From Moniliella sp. 'wahieum' (Eukaryota), in the NCBI GenBank assembly GCA_003971905.1, contig RSEE01000069.1:62001-126000 (forward strand): DNA of 64,000 bases. Direction: 5' to 3'. This document shows, piece by piece, positions 63,623-64,000 of the stretch. Every line of letters starts with the position of its first letter. The stretch's first letter is position 1. The translations under genes were made by a program, and so were the position numbers. Under the pieces are notes generated by a model, which worked only from the letters and a program-made list of their open reading frames with translations, was not told the origin of the DNA and searched no databases.

Positions 63623-64000
63623 GAATGGGGGTCAGCCCACAGGCTGCGATGAAGCCGTTTCAGGACCGTCGGGTGCCCAGTGCAGCGGACGGAGACATTT
63701 CTTGGGCGGAAGATGGGGTGGACACGCGATTGATGCAAAGTCTACGCTCCCAATGGGCTGCGAGCGATGCGGCAGACGACGCTGCTGCCTCGGCTGCCTC
63801 CCGTACTTTGGGAGGCAATTCAGCGTCCTTGCTACGTTCCAATGCGCCTCGGTTGCGCGCCACTGCTACCGGTTTCGGGATCGGTAACGAGTGTATCAAG
63901 TTCGGTATGATGTGTGAGCTTCTCTGTGCGCACAGCCCCCCTCACTGCCTCCCCCTTTTATTCCGCCTCAACCTTTATACCGTCCAGGTCGCCGTATTGC

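Overview
This is eukaryotic, GC-rich, intron-poor fungal DNA; gene style and GT..CTRAY..YAG introns suggest a basidiomycete, possibly Ustilaginomycotina (inference). Almost every gene is broken by single-base indels, which looks like an unpolished long-read consensus, so CDS ends are approximate. Recognisable genes in order are: a flavin amine (polyamine) oxidase 3' end, tRNA-iMet, a formin, a CBS/PB1 protein, an Hsp70-derived fragment, an Rcf2/HIG1 protein, ornithine decarboxylase, tRNA-Leu(CAA), a class IV chitin synthase, a second inverted Hsp70-derived copy, a Ser-rich single-pass membrane protein, Vac8, a secreted GDSL esterase, Ypd1, a divergent eIF4G, a Pcl-type cyclin, Tom22, Mms19, PanB/Ecm31 and an unknown membrane protein. 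The most unusual signal is non-coding. Intergenic DNA is patterned with many different 7-bp units that share one grammar, the odd palindrome XY-T(N)A-Y'X' (e.g. CTTGAAG, TGTGACA, GATGATC, AGTGACT, CGTGACG, GGTAACC, GTTTAAC, CATGATG). These occur as tandem arrays and are densest in a gene-free stretch of about 6 kb at 46.8-52.8 kb. Other highlights are an AUU-initiated uORF ending Pro-Pro-Pro-stop upstream of ODC, a CAA-anticodon tRNA with no long variable arm, and an inverted pair of Hsp70 derivatives that share loss of an ATPase motif.
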